DNA of 64,000 nucleotides from an uncultured Actinomycetes bacterium (GTDB lineage: Bacteria; Actinomycetota; Thermoleophilia; Gaiellales; Gaiellaceae): contig CAVQVJ010000003.1 in NCBI GenBank assembly GCA_963717025.1, forward strand, positions 964,969 through 1,028,968. The letters run 5' to 3'. The notes under the pieces were generated by a model. It worked only from the letters and a program-made list of their open reading frames with translations. It was not told the origin of the DNA and made no database searches. The position numbers and the translations under genes were made by a program. The stretch's first letter is position 1. The number at the start of each line of letters is the position of its first letter. This document shows positions 1 through 9,437 of this stretch, piece by piece.

Positions 1-501
1 CGACTCGAGGAGCTGGAGCGCTCCGGCCGACCCGGCCAACTCGTGCATGTCGTCGACCACGAGGGCGAGGTCGCGGCTGAGCTGGTCCTGGAGCGCCTCG
101 CAGACGAGCGCGGCGAAGCCGCGTGCTCGCGCCGGCTCGTCCTGCTCCGCCCCTGGGCCTGCTGCGGAGATGACCGCTCCCGCAATGTCTGCCGGGAGTC
201 CCGGGATGCGGAGGCGCAGCGCGTCTGTGACTCCTCGGGCGAACGCGGCCAACGACGCGTCCTCGGGGGAGCAGCCGTACCACGCACAGTGCGCGTCTTC
301 AGCCCACGCCGCGAGCAGCGTCGACTTGCCGTACCCCGCCTCCGCCACGACCGTCGTCAGGCGGCGCTCGAGCGCGCCTTCGAGGAGCGCGTGCAGCCGA
401 TCCCGTCGAAGCCGCGCGGCAGGCGCGGCCGGCGGGAGGAGCTTCGTCACCGTGGTCGAGCCGGACGGGGCCGGCACGACCGTTCCGACAACCGATTCCA
501 T
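1..501 (-). CDS. LuxR/MalT-like STAND NTPase regulator, N-terminal fragment (rest of gene lies outside the window)
   Basis: Own translation of the minus strand from ATG 501..499 stays open to base 1: MESVVGTVVPAPSGSTTVTKLLPPAAPAARLRRDRLHALLEGALERRLTTVVAEAGYGKSTLLAAWAED...LALVVDDMHEL. It has a Walker A (GYGKST) and a Walker B-like (VVDD) motif. The N-terminal layout matches the complete regulator at 48661..50940. It is missing from the ORF track because it has no stop inside the window. Confidence 0.6.
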   Translation of the reverse strand, partial: MESVVGTVVPAPSGSTTVTKLLPPAAPAARLRRDRLHALLEGALERRLTTVVAEAGYGKSTLLAAWAEDAHCAWYGCSPEDASLAAFARGVTDALRLRIPGLPADIAGAVISAAGPGAEQDEPARARGFAALVCEALQDQLSRDLALVVDDMHELAGSAGALQLLES

Positions 502-605
502 GTGCGGTCTTCACAGGATAGGACGGTTTTGTGAGCAGATCCCGTCCATGAGCAGATCCCGCATGCACCCGCGGACGACCTGGCGCCCGACTACCCTGCC
601 GGCAG

Positions 606-678
606 GCGCCCGTAGCTCAGTGGACAGAGCGGCGGACTTCTAATCCGCGGGTCGGAGGTTCGAATCCTCCCGGGCGCA
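606..678 (+). tRNA. tRNA-Arg (anticodon TCT)
   Basis: Cloverleaf read by eye. Acceptor gcgcccg/cgggcgc, anticodon stem gcgga/tccgc with loop cTTCTaa, T-arm ggagg-ttcgaat-cctcc, discriminator A. No encoded CCA. Confidence 0.9.
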
Positions 679-830
679 TCCCCGGAGTGAGCGCACACCT
701 GCTGGTCAAACTCGTTCGTTGTGCCCGAGACTGATCCCAGGGCTCCAAAACGGCCCTAGTATCAGCGTTGCCTTCTCGAGTGCCAGCACGAGCGTTGCCT
801 GAGCTGCGTTCAACTGCGTAGGGGATCCGA

Positions 831-1220
831 ATGGCAGACGACAAGACGAATGCGTCCAAGCTCATAGACGAGAGGATTAGTGAGCTGGGCGACTGGCGCG
901 GCAAGACGCTGAGCAGGGTGCGAGGAATCATCAAGGACGCGGACCCCGACATCGTCGAGGAGTGGAAGTGGGTGAAAGCCACGAACCCGGGAACACCGGT
1001 CTGGTCCCGCGACGGGGGTATCTGTACTGGTGAGACCTACAAGAACGTGGTCAAGCTGACCTTCTTCAAGGGTGCTGCCTTGAACGACCCTTCAGGTCTG
1101 TTCAACTCCAGCCTCGACGGGAAGGTCAGACGCGCCATCGACATCAAGGAAAACGACGAGATCGACGAAGATGCGCTGAAGAATCTCGTTCGTGAAGCGG
1201 TGGCGCTGAATCTAGGTTGA
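831..1220 (+). CDS. DUF1801 (YdhG-like) domain protein
   Basis: 129-aa ORF. The pattern ...DWRGKTLSRVRGIIKDADPDIVEEWKW...PVWS..G.ICTGETYKNVVKLTFFKGAAL is typical of DUF1801. GC is clearly lower than in the neighbours. Confidence 0.75.
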   Translation: MADDKTNASKLIDERISELGDWRGKTLSRVRGIIKDADPDIVEEWKWVKATNPGTPVWSRDGGICTGETYKNVVKLTFFKGAALNDPSGLFNSSLDGKVRRAIDIKENDEIDEDALKNLVREAVALNLG

Positions 1221-1412
1221 AAGCGCTCGGCAGGGCGTGCGAATCCCGACAATTGGACGCACGCTCGTAGAAGGTGACCCCGGAGGTCGGCTCAGGTGAC
1301 ATGAGGGTTCTCCACGCGGAGGAACCCATGGCCCCGAAGCAGCCGAGCAGATCGTCCGCAAGCCCCGCCGGCGAGCGCATGCCCTCCCAAGGGGTGCGTC
1401 TGGAAAGATCGA

Positions 1413-3524
1413 GTGATGGACTACGTGGTCGTCGGAGCGGGTGCAATCGGAGGCACCGTTGGCGCTCGCCTCGTCCGTCGCGGGCACGACGTCGTCTTCG
1501 CCGACGTCGATTCCGAGCACGTCGCGGCGATGAACGAGCACGGCCTCTCCGTCGAGGGGCCGGTCGAGGAGTTCACGGTGCCTGCTCGGGCAGTTCACCC
1601 GGGCGATCTGCGCGATGGTCTCGGACGTGTGCTCCTCGCCGTAAAGGCACACGACACGGAGTCCGCGGTGACGAGCATCGCGCCTCACCTCGCACCGGAC
1701 GGCTTCGTCGTGTCGCTCCAGAACGGATTGAACGAGCCTGCGATCGCAGAAGCCGTCGGAGCAGCCCGAACCGTCGGCGCGTTCGTGAACTTCGGAGCCG
1801 ACTACCTCGGTCCGGGGCGCATCCTTGTCGGGGGCCGGGGCACCTTTCGTGTCGGCGAGATCGACGGGGACCGAAGTGAGCGCGTCCTTCAGCTCGCCGA
1901 GGACCTCGACGACGCCGAGGTGACGGACAACATCCTCGGGTACCTGTGGGCGAAGGAGGCGTACGGCGCGATGCTCTTCGCGACGGCAGTCTCGGATCTC
2001 TCGATAGCCGACGCGCTGGCGGAGCCGCGCTACCGATCGCTCTACCTCCGGCTTGCCGACGAGGTGCTCGCCTGCGCCACCGCGCGCCCGGAGGCGTTCG
2101 ACGGGTTCGACCCGGCCGATCTCGATGGCTCGCTCGAGCGCCTCGTCGCGTTCAACCGACGCTCGGCGAAGACGCATTCCGGCATCTACCGGGACCTCGC
2201 GGTTCGAAAGCGACGTGCCGAGACGGCGATGTTCGATGCGGTCGAGGGTCCCTTGCTCTCGCGGACTCTCGCGCTCGTGCACGAGATCGAGGAGGGGAGG
2301 AGGGTCTGCGAGGTGGCGAACCTCGAGCTCCTCGCCGCCTACGACCGTTGTCTGGTCGAGGGTTCGCGACTCAACGCCGTCACAGCGCTGCTCGAGCCGT
2401 CCGAGCGGGCATCGGAGGGACCGTTGCACGGGGTACCGGTCGCGATCAAGGACAACATCGATGTGAAGGGCGTCGTCACGACGAACGCGTCCACCGTCGG
2501 CGTACCTCCAGCGGCGGAGAGCGATGCACCTGTCGTCGCGCGTCTCCGCGATGCCGGCGCCGAGCTCCTGTGCAAGGCGAACCTGCTCGAATATGCCGCC
2601 GGCAGCGTCAACCCCGCGTACGGGATGACGTACAACCCCCACGATCCCGGCAGGACCTCAGGTGGGTCGAGCAGCGGCTCCGCCGCACTCGTTGCCGCGG
2701 GTGTCTGCGACTTCGCACTCGGCACGGACACGGGCGGCTCGATCCGGATACCGGCCGCGTACTGCGGCATCGTCGGGCTGAAGCCAACGTTCGGGCTCGT
2801 GCCGATCGAAGGCGTCTTTCCGCTGGCCCCGACGCTCGACCATGTCGGGCCGCTGACGCGCACCGCCGCGCAGGCGGCTGCGCTCCTTGCCGTGCTCTCT
2901 GGTCGCCCATGCGAGCTCGCTTCGGTGGCGGGACTTCGTATCGGTGTCCTTCGCCGTCATGTCGACGACCCGGCTGTCGAGGACGGTGTACGAACTTGCG
3001 TGGAGGATGCGTTCGAACGGCTTCGGAGCGCCGGTTTCGAGCTCCTCGACGTCGACATACCGCAGCTCGATCTCGCAGATGAGACGATCGGGACCATCGT
3101 CGTCAAGGAGGCATACGACGTGCATCGGGATCTCTTCGAACGGGAGGGCGACGGCTACGGTCCGGGTACGCGCGCGGTCATCGAGGCGGGCAAGGACGTC
3201 GATGCCGAGCGGTACGAGGGCGCTCTCGCCGACCGGCGCCGGATCGCCGACGGCTTCGCGCGCGCGTTCGAGGAGGTCGACGTGCTCGCCAACCCGACGG
3301 TTGCCTACACGGCGCCTCACGAGGATCCTCCGGTCGGGACGCCCGAGGGGGACGTCGAGGGACGCTTCACGGGCCCGTACAACCTCGCCGGCCTCCCGGC
3401 GGTGTCGGTCCCCTGTGGGCTCGCAGAGCACGAACTGCCCGCCGGCCTGCAGCTGGCGGGGCCTGCGGGCGCCGATGCGCTCGTGCTCTCGGTCGCCGTC
3501 GAGCTCGAGGGGCTGCAGGCATGA
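1413..3524 (+). CDS. Fusion protein: ketopantoate reductase-like (ApbA/PanE) N-terminal domain plus amidase-signature (AS) amidase C-terminal domain
   Basis: 703 aa. The N-terminus has the Rossmann motif VVVGAGAIGGTVGARLVRRGHDVVF and the PanE-type C-terminal helical part (LGYLWAKEAYGAM, SGIYRDL). From about residue 320 come the amidase motifs GVPVAIKDNIDVKG and GGSSSGSAALVAAG. It is a single uninterrupted frame. Confidence 0.8.
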   Translation: MMDYVVVGAGAIGGTVGARLVRRGHDVVFADVDSEHVAAMNEHGLSVEGPVEEFTVPARAVHPGDLRDGLGRVLLAVKAHDTESAVTSIAPHLAPDGFVVSLQNGLNEPAIAEAVGAARTVGAFVNFGADYLGPGRILVGGRGTFRVGEIDGDRSERVLQLAEDLDDAEVTDNILGYLWAKEAYGAMLFATAVSDLSIADALAEPRYRSLYLRLADEVLACATARPEAFDGFDPADLDGSLERLVAFNRRSAKTHSGIYRDLAVRKRRAETAMFDAVEGPLLSRTLALVHEIEEGRRVCEVANLELLAAYDRCLVEGSRLNAVTALLEPSERASEGPLHGVPVAIKDNIDVKGVVTTNASTVGVPPAAESDAPVVARLRDAGAELLCKANLLEYAAGSVNPAYGMTYNPHDPGRTSGGSSSGSAALVAAGVCDFALGTDTGGSIRIPAAYCGIVGLKPTFGLVPIEGVFPLAPTLDHVGPLTRTAAQAAALLAVLSGRPCELASVAGLRIGVLRRHVDDPAVEDGVRTCVEDAFERLRSAGFELLDVDIPQLDLADETIGTIVVKEAYDVHRDLFEREGDGYGPGTRAVIEAGKDVDAERYEGALADRRRIADGFARAFEEVDVLANPTVAYTAPHEDPPVGTPEGDVEGRFTGPYNLAGLPAVSVPCGLAEHELPAGLQLAGPAGADALVLSVAVELEGLQA

Positions 3525-4231
3525 GGATCGCCGACTGCAACTGGATGCAGATCGAGTCTTACCTCGAGCACGACGACCGGATCGCTCTCCCGCTCGGCTC
3601 GGTCGAGCAGCACGGCTATCTCTCGCTTGCCGTCGATGCCATCCTCGCCGAGCGCGTCGCCGTCGAGGCCGCCGAGCCGCTCGGTGTGCCAGTGCTGCCG
3701 GTGCTCGCGTATGGCCTGACTCCGTACTTCGCTGCTTACGCCGGCAGCCCGACCCTTACCGTCGAGACCTACCGGGCCGTCATCCGTGATCTGCTCGCGT
3801 CGCTCTACGGACAGGGCTTTCGGCGATTCCTGCTCGTGAACGGCCACGGCGGGAACGACGCAGGTCACACTGCAGGCGAAGCGCTCGAATCCGAGCACGC
3901 TGACGCGCGCGTCGTTTGGCACAACTGGTGGAACGCGCCGCGCACGTGGGACGTCGTGCGACGCATCGATCCGGACGCCAGCCACGCCTCCTGGCTCGAG
4001 AACTTCCCCTGGACACGCCTCGAAGGCGTCGAGCTGCCGCAGCAGCGAAAGCCGATGCAGGACATCTCGCACATGCGGGCGCTCGATCCCGCCGACGTCC
4101 GGGAGATGCTCGGCGACGGCTCGCTGGGCGGCCTGTACGAGCGCCCGGACGAAGACGTCCTGCGGGTCTGGCAGGCGGGCGTCGAGGAGGTGCGCGACGT
4201 GCTCGCACACGGGTGGAGCCGGCGTGCCTGA
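3521..4231 (+). CDS. Creatininase-family amidohydrolase
   Basis: 236 aa with LPLGSVEQHG, LAYG..PYF and LLVNGHGGN motifs. An ATGA overlap with the upstream gene indicates translational coupling. Confidence 0.8.
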   Translation: MRIADCNWMQIESYLEHDDRIALPLGSVEQHGYLSLAVDAILAERVAVEAAEPLGVPVLPVLAYGLTPYFAAYAGSPTLTVETYRAVIRDLLASLYGQGFRRFLLVNGHGGNDAGHTAGEALESEHADARVVWHNWWNAPRTWDVVRRIDPDASHASWLENFPWTRLEGVELPQQRKPMQDISHMRALDPADVREMLGDGSLGGLYERPDEDVLRVWQAGVEEVRDVLAHGWSRRA

Positions 4232-4922
4232 CTTCCACGGGAGGACTGCGCTCGTTACCGGTACGGCGCATGGAATCGGCAAGGGCATCGTGGAGGCACT
4301 CGCAGCGCATGGCGCAACGGCGCACGGCGTGGACAAAGACGAGGCCGATGTCACGGACCCCGAACAGGTTGCAAGCCTCGTCGAGCGGATCGGCCCGGTC
4401 GACATCCTCGTCAACAACGCTGGCGGCGTCTGCGGGCAGGTCGGAAGGCCACTCGAGGAGATACCGGACGACGATTGGCAAGAGATCGTCGACGCCAACC
4501 TGACCAGTACTTTCGTGTGCACGAGGGCTGTCGTTCCGGGCATGAAGGAAGCCAGGTACGGACGCATCGTGAACATCTCGTCCGGCGCCGGACGGAGCGT
4601 GAGCCTGACGGGCATCCAGGCCTACGCGAGCGCGAAAGCCGGGCAGATCGGCCTCACGCGGCAGACCGCGCACGAGCTCGGCCCCTTCGGGATCACCGTG
4701 AACAGCATCGCTCCCGGATTCGTGCTCTCGAATCCGACGACCGTGGAACAGTGGGAGAGCTACGGCGACGAGGGACAGCGCGCGCTCGTCGCGGGCATTG
4801 CGGCGCGCCGTCTCGGGACGCCGGAGGACATCGCCAACGGCGTGTTGTTCTTCGCGGCCGAGGAGTCGTCCTGGGTGACCGGCCAGGTCCTGTCGATCGA
4901 CGGTGGATACGCGATCTTCTGA
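4224..4922 (+). CDS. Short-chain dehydrogenase/reductase (FabG-like)
   Basis: TGTAHGIGKG cofactor motif, NNAG, and the S...YASAKAG catalytic motif. GTG start overlaps the upstream stop by 8 nt. Confidence 0.9.
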   Translation: MPDFHGRTALVTGTAHGIGKGIVEALAAHGATAHGVDKDEADVTDPEQVASLVERIGPVDILVNNAGGVCGQVGRPLEEIPDDDWQEIVDANLTSTFVCTRAVVPGMKEARYGRIVNISSGAGRSVSLTGIQAYASAKAGQIGLTRQTAHELGPFGITVNSIAPGFVLSNPTTVEQWESYGDEGQRALVAGIAARRLGTPEDIANGVLFFAAEESSWVTGQVLSIDGGYAIF

Positions 4923-5042
4923 GTCCCAAGGGAGCTCAGAGCCCCTTGCGGCGTCGCGTTTGCCCAACCCCGCTCGCGTGTGCGATAGTCGCCACAAGCT
5001 GCTCGCACCCCGAAAGCAGCACCACTAAGGCAAGGAGTAGGC

Positions 5043-6593
5043 ATGCTCAGGAGGAGAATCGCCGCGACCCTCGCCTTCGCTTTCGCGCTCTCGGTGGCCG
5101 CCATGCTCGGCCTCTCGGCGAGCGCCGGCGAGGCTCAATCTCCGAAGCGTGGAGGCGAGCTTCGGATTGCCCGCATCGAAGACTCGCAGTCGTTCGACAA
5201 GACGACCGTCTTCCAGAACGAGTCGCTCTGGCTCATTCAGCAGATCAACGAGTCGCTCTACACGTCTACACCGAACGGCAAGAGCGTCAGGCCATGGCTC
5301 GCGACGGGCTACTCCGTGTCGAACGGCGGCAAGCGGTACACGTTCCGCCTGCGCCGCGGGGTGCGTTTCTCGAACGGGCAGCCCATGACCTCTGCGGACG
5401 TCAAGTTCTCGATCGACGACGCCCGCGCGCAGGCGCAGGGCTGGGGCTTCCTCGATGTGGCGATCAAGAACGTGCAGACGCGCGGCCCGTACACCGTGGT
5501 CGTGAACCTCAAGTATCGGTGGGTGCCCTTCATCGCCGACATCGCGCTCTTCGCGAACGGGATCATCCCGAACAAGTTCGCGGGCCAGACGCGCGCTCAG
5601 TTCTACAAGCACCCGATCGGCACCGGGCCGTTCATGTGGGACAAGCGCGTCGTGGGTCAGTCGGTGACGTTCAAGCGGAATCCGTTCTACTGGCAGCGAG
5701 GAAAGCCGTATCTCGACTCGGTGACATGGACGTACGTCAGCGACCAGAACACCCGTGAGCTGCAACTCCGCGGAGGCCAGATCGAGGTGAACGAGTTCCC
5801 GCCGTTCAACGCGATCAAGAAGCTCCGCAACACGCCCGGCGTCACGATGAGGCTGTTCCCGTCGACGAGGACGGACTACCTCCTCATGAACCAGTCGTAT
5901 GCACCGCTCGCGGATCGCAACGTCCGTCGTGCGATCTCGTATGCGATCGACCGTCGAGCCATTGTGCGGTCCGTCCTGTTCGGCTTCGGCCAGCCGGCGA
6001 ACTCGTTCATGCCGCCCCAGGTGCCCTACTACGACCCGAAGTCGCCCGGGATCCAATACAGCCTCGCCAGGGCGAGGGCCGAGCTCGCGAAGTCGAAGTA
6101 CCCGAACGGCTTCAAGGTCGAGCTCCAGGTCGGCAAGGGCGAGCAGGTCGACAACGCGATCGGTCAGATCCTGCAGGAGTCGCTGCGAAGGCTCGGCATC
6201 ACGGTCACCTTCAGGCAAGCCGACACGAGCACGGCCTTCTCCAACATCCAGGAGGGGAAGTACCAGCTCGGGTTCAGCTACTGGACGATGGACATCGCCG
6301 ATCCGGACGAGCTCGTGACATTCGCGGTCGACCCGAAGGGCGGCGGCGCGAACTCGTTCTTCACCGGCTACAACAACCCGGCCGTCGTCAAGCTCTCACA
6401 GCGGGCGCAGAAGGAGACGAACTCCGCGAAGCGACGCGGCCTGTACCGGCAGATCCAGCGAATCGCGGCCCAGGACGCGTTCATGGGCTTCCTCTACTAC
6501 TCGCCGTTCCGATACGCGTACTCCAAGAAGGTGCACGGCTTCTTCGTGTACCCGCTCGGGAACTATCACCTGGAGGATGCCTGGATCGACTAG
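5043..6593 (+). CDS. ABC transporter substrate-binding protein, family 5 (peptide/nickel, DppA/OppA-like)
   Basis: 516 aa. Signal-peptide-like N-terminus, AAGGAG RBS, and typical SBP_bac_5 length and motifs (W.Y.LR.GVRFSNG.P.TSADVKFS). Confidence 0.85.
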   Translation: MLRRRIAATLAFAFALSVAAMLGLSASAGEAQSPKRGGELRIARIEDSQSFDKTTVFQNESLWLIQQINESLYTSTPNGKSVRPWLATGYSVSNGGKRYTFRLRRGVRFSNGQPMTSADVKFSIDDARAQAQGWGFLDVAIKNVQTRGPYTVVVNLKYRWVPFIADIALFANGIIPNKFAGQTRAQFYKHPIGTGPFMWDKRVVGQSVTFKRNPFYWQRGKPYLDSVTWTYVSDQNTRELQLRGGQIEVNEFPPFNAIKKLRNTPGVTMRLFPSTRTDYLLMNQSYAPLADRNVRRAISYAIDRRAIVRSVLFGFGQPANSFMPPQVPYYDPKSPGIQYSLARARAELAKSKYPNGFKVELQVGKGEQVDNAIGQILQESLRRLGITVTFRQADTSTAFSNIQEGKYQLGFSYWTMDIADPDELVTFAVDPKGGGANSFFTGYNNPAVVKLSQRAQKETNSAKRRGLYRQIQRIAAQDAFMGFLYYSPFRYAYSKKVHGFFVYPLGNYHLEDAWID

Positions 6594-6622
6594 ATCGACG
6601 CTGACCCCGAGGGCATGAAGAG

Positions 6623-7567
6623 GTGAGCCTCGCCGGCTACACCGCCAGGCGCCTGCTGCACATGATCCCGATTGCCCTCGGGGTCACGCTCCTCGTCTTC
6701 TTCCTCATCCACCTCGTCCCGGGCGACCCCGCCCGGACGATGCTCGGCAACAGGGCAACCCCCGAGCGGGTGGCCCTTCTCCACGAGGAATGGGGGCTCG
6801 ACGAGCCGCTTCCGACCCAGTACTGGCGCTTCCTCACCCGACTCGCGCACGGAGACCTCGGCTCCTCGCTGTTCTACAGCGTTCCGGCCGGCCGTCTGGT
6901 CCTCGAGCGCCTGCCCGTCACGCTCTGGCTCATCGGGCTCGGCACCCTGCTCTCGGTCGTGATCGCGATACCTCTCGCGACGATCGCCGCTGCCCGGCGG
7001 GATCGGCCCACCGACCATGTCGTCCGGGCAGTACCGCTCGTCGGGTTCGGCTTCCCGCAGTTCTGGATCGGGATCATGCTCCTGTTCGCGTTCTCGCTCA
7101 ACCTGGGACGCGCGTTCCCCGTCGGAGGCTACGGCGAGGGCTTCTTCGGGCACCTCCACTCGATGTTCCTGCCGGCCCTGACCATCGCGATCGGGATCTC
7201 GCCGATCCTCATCCGGAGTCTCCGTGCGAGCCTGCTCGAGGTACTCGAGTCCGACTACGTCGCAACGGCGCGCTCGAAGGGGCTCCCCGAACGGCGCGTG
7301 CTCGTGCGGCACGGCCTCCGCAACGCGCTGATCTCAATGGCCACAGTGCTCGGCGTGAACATCGGCTTCCTCGTGGGTGCGACGCTCGTGGTCGAGCAGG
7401 TCTTCGCTCTGCCCGGGCTCGGACAGCTGATGCTCAACTCGATCTTCCAGCGCGACTTCCCGCTCGTCCAGGCCATCACGCTCGCATTCGCCGTGATGGT
7501 CGTTCTCGTCTACCTGATCACGGACATCGTCCACGCGCTTCTCGATCCGCGGGTGCGGTTCGAGTGA
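6623..7567 (+). CDS. ABC transporter permease (DppB/OppB-like)
   Basis: 314 aa, multi-TM, N-terminal RRLL..IP....V..L.F....LVPGDP motif. Confidence 0.9.
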   Translation: MSLAGYTARRLLHMIPIALGVTLLVFFLIHLVPGDPARTMLGNRATPERVALLHEEWGLDEPLPTQYWRFLTRLAHGDLGSSLFYSVPAGRLVLERLPVTLWLIGLGTLLSVVIAIPLATIAAARRDRPTDHVVRAVPLVGFGFPQFWIGIMLLFAFSLNLGRAFPVGGYGEGFFGHLHSMFLPALTIAIGISPILIRSLRASLLEVLESDYVATARSKGLPERRVLVRHGLRNALISMATVLGVNIGFLVGATLVVEQVFALPGLGQLMLNSIFQRDFPLVQAITLAFAVMVVLVYLITDIVHALLDPRVRFE

Positions 7568-8430
7568 CGACGGTCGCTGTACCCGTCGAAGCACCCGTCG
7601 TCGCCGAGCACCGCGGCTTCCGGCAGCGCTGTTATCGGACGCCGTCGTTCGTCGCCGGAGCGTCGATCCTCGGCGGGATCGTGGTCCTGGCGATCCTGGC
7701 GCCAATCGTGACGTGGCACGACCCGTCCCAACAGGACCTGCTCAACATCCTCCAAGGCTCGTCCTGGAGTCATCCTCTCGGCACGGACGAGCTCGGCCGC
7801 GATGTCTGGACCCGGCTGGTCTACGGCGCCAGAACCGACCTCAGGGTCGCATTCCTCGCAGTCGTGTTCCCCTTCGTGTTGGGGACCATCGGCGGACTCA
7901 TCGCGGGCTACTTCGGAGGCCGTGCGGACACCGTCGCGAACTGGCTCGTGAGCATCGTGGTCGCCTTCCCCTTCTACGTGTTGATCATCGCTCTCGTGTT
8001 CGCGCTCGGGCCGGGGACGCGCAACATCTACATCGCGATCACGATCGTCGGCTGGGTCTCGTACACGAGGATCGTGCGAGGTGAGGTCCTCGTGGCCAAG
8101 CGCCAGGATTACGTCCTCGCGGCGCAGGCGGGGGGTTTATCGAGTTTCCGAATTCTCCGTCGGCATCTCCTTCCGAACGTCATCACGCAGGCCGTCGTCT
8201 TCGCGATGTCCGACATCGTGCTCGTCATCCTGGCCATCGTCACGCTCGGCTACCTCGGTCTCGGAGTGCAGCCGCCGACCCCGGACTGGGGACGGATGAT
8301 CGCCGACGGCCAGGGTTACCTGACGACGAACTGGCAGCTCTCGACGATTCCGGGGATCGCGGTCGTGATCACCGCGCTCGGGCTCTCGCTCCTCGCCGAC
8401 GGGCTCGCCGACCTGCTACGGCCCGAATGA
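7564..8430 (+). CDS. ABC transporter permease (DppC/OppC-like)
   Basis: This is the C-terminal 288 codons of track ORF 6790..8430. The GTG at 7564 overlaps the upstream TGA (GTGA). It has the HPLGTDELGRDVWTRLVYGAR motif typical of OppC-type permeases. The upstream part of the long ORF is an out-of-frame shadow of the previous gene. Confidence 0.85.
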   Translation: MTTVAVPVEAPVVAEHRGFRQRCYRTPSFVAGASILGGIVVLAILAPIVTWHDPSQQDLLNILQGSSWSHPLGTDELGRDVWTRLVYGARTDLRVAFLAVVFPFVLGTIGGLIAGYFGGRADTVANWLVSIVVAFPFYVLIIALVFALGPGTRNIYIAITIVGWVSYTRIVRGEVLVAKRQDYVLAAQAGGLSSFRILRRHLLPNVITQAVVFAMSDIVLVILAIVTLGYLGLGVQPPTPDWGRMIADGQGYLTTNWQLSTIPGIAVVITALGLSLLADGLADLLRPE

Positions 8431-9437
8431 CGGCTCCGCTGCTCGACGTTCGCGACCTTCGCGTCGAGTTCCGGCTCGCGCACGGATCGCTGCGAGCCGT
8501 GGACGGCGCCTCGTTCAGTGTCGCCGCCGGCGAGACGCTCGGCATCGTCGGCGAGTCGGGCTGCGGGAAGACGATGACGCTCCGCGCGCTCGTCCGGCTG
8601 CTTCCGCGAACCGCGAAGGTGATCGGCGGCTCGGTCCAGTTCGAGGGCGAGGACCTCGCCCAACTCGAGGAGAAGCGTCTGCGCGAGATCCGCGGCCGCT
8701 CCATCGCGATGGTCTTCCAGGAGCCGACGGCAGCACTGAACCCGGTCATGAAGGTGGGCGACCAGATCGCAGAAGGGCCGCTCGTTCGGCTCGGGCTCGG
8801 TAGACGAGCAGCACGTGAGCGCGCGCTCGAGCTGATGCGCATGGTCGGCATTCCCGATCCTGCGCGTAGGGTCGATGCCTACCCCTTCGAGCTGTCGGGC
8901 GGCCTCCGGCAGCGGGTGATGATCGCGATCGCGCTCTCCGGCGGGCCGAAGCTCCTGCTGTGCGACGAGCCGACGACCGCGCTCGACGTGACGATCCAGA
9001 ATCAGATTCTGAGCCTGCTCTCGTCGTTGCAGGCGGAGCTCGGCCTGAGCGTGATCTTCGTCTCGCACGATCTCGCAGTCATTGCCCAGACCTGCCAGAA
9101 GGTCGCTGTGATGTATGCCGGCCAGGTGGTCGAGTACGGGCCGATCGAGGCCGTCTTCAGGGAGCCACGTCACCCGTACACCCTCAGCCTGCTCCGGTCG
9201 GTGCCGCAAGTCGAGGTCGTGCGGGAGACGCTGTCGACGATCCCGGGCTCGCCCCCCGACCTTGCAGCTCCGCCGCCCGGGTGCCGCTTCCACCCCCGCT
9301 GCCCGTTCGTGCAGGCCGATTGCGTGAGCGGCGAGTTCCCGCTCCGCCCGCTCGGTGCGAGTCGATCGACGGCGTGCATCCACCACGAGGAATGTCTCGC
9401 AGACGTGCGTCGGCAGCCGGTGGTTGCGGGTGACTGA
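8427..9437 (+). CDS. ABC transporter ATP-binding protein (DppD/OppD-like)
   Basis: Walker A GESGCGKT, signature LSGGLRQR, Walker B LLLCDEPTTALD, and an oligopeptide-type C-terminal CRFHPRCP motif. Confidence 0.9.
   Translation: MTAPLLDVRDLRVEFRLAHGSLRAVDGASFSVAAGETLGIVGESGCGKTMTLRALVRLLPRTAKVIGGSVQFEGEDLAQLEEKRLREIRGRSIAMVFQEPTAALNPVMKVGDQIAEGPLVRLGLGRRAARERALELMRMVGIPDPARRVDAYPFELSGGLRQRVMIAIALSGGPKLLLCDEPTTALDVTIQNQILSLLSSLQAELGLSVIFVSHDLAVIAQTCQKVAVMYAGQVVEYGPIEAVFREPRHPYTLSLLRSVPQVEVVRETLSTIPGSPPDLAAPPPGCRFHPRCPFVQADCVSGEFPLRPLGASRSTACIHHEECLADVRRQPVVAGD

Noticed and set aside
43-643. Plus-strand ORFs 43..534 and 47..643 at the window start
   Set aside because: The minus strand here encodes a convincing STAND NTPase N-terminus (Walker A/B). 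In addition, the 47..643 ORF would run into the tRNA-Arg gene.
1235-1255. CGAATCC heptamer that might be a duplicated tRNA 3' end (att site) closing the low-GC islet
   Set aside because: Only 7 nt match the tRNA-Arg T-arm region. That is too short to distinguish from chance, and no integrase is present.
1594-1607. TTCACCCGGGCGAT, a 12/14 match to the palindrome, inside the reductase-amidase gene
   Set aside because: It lies within a well-supported CDS (codons for A-V-H-P-G-D-L), it has an imperfect right arm, and no GGGTGA box follows at the conserved distance. It is treated as a chance near-match.
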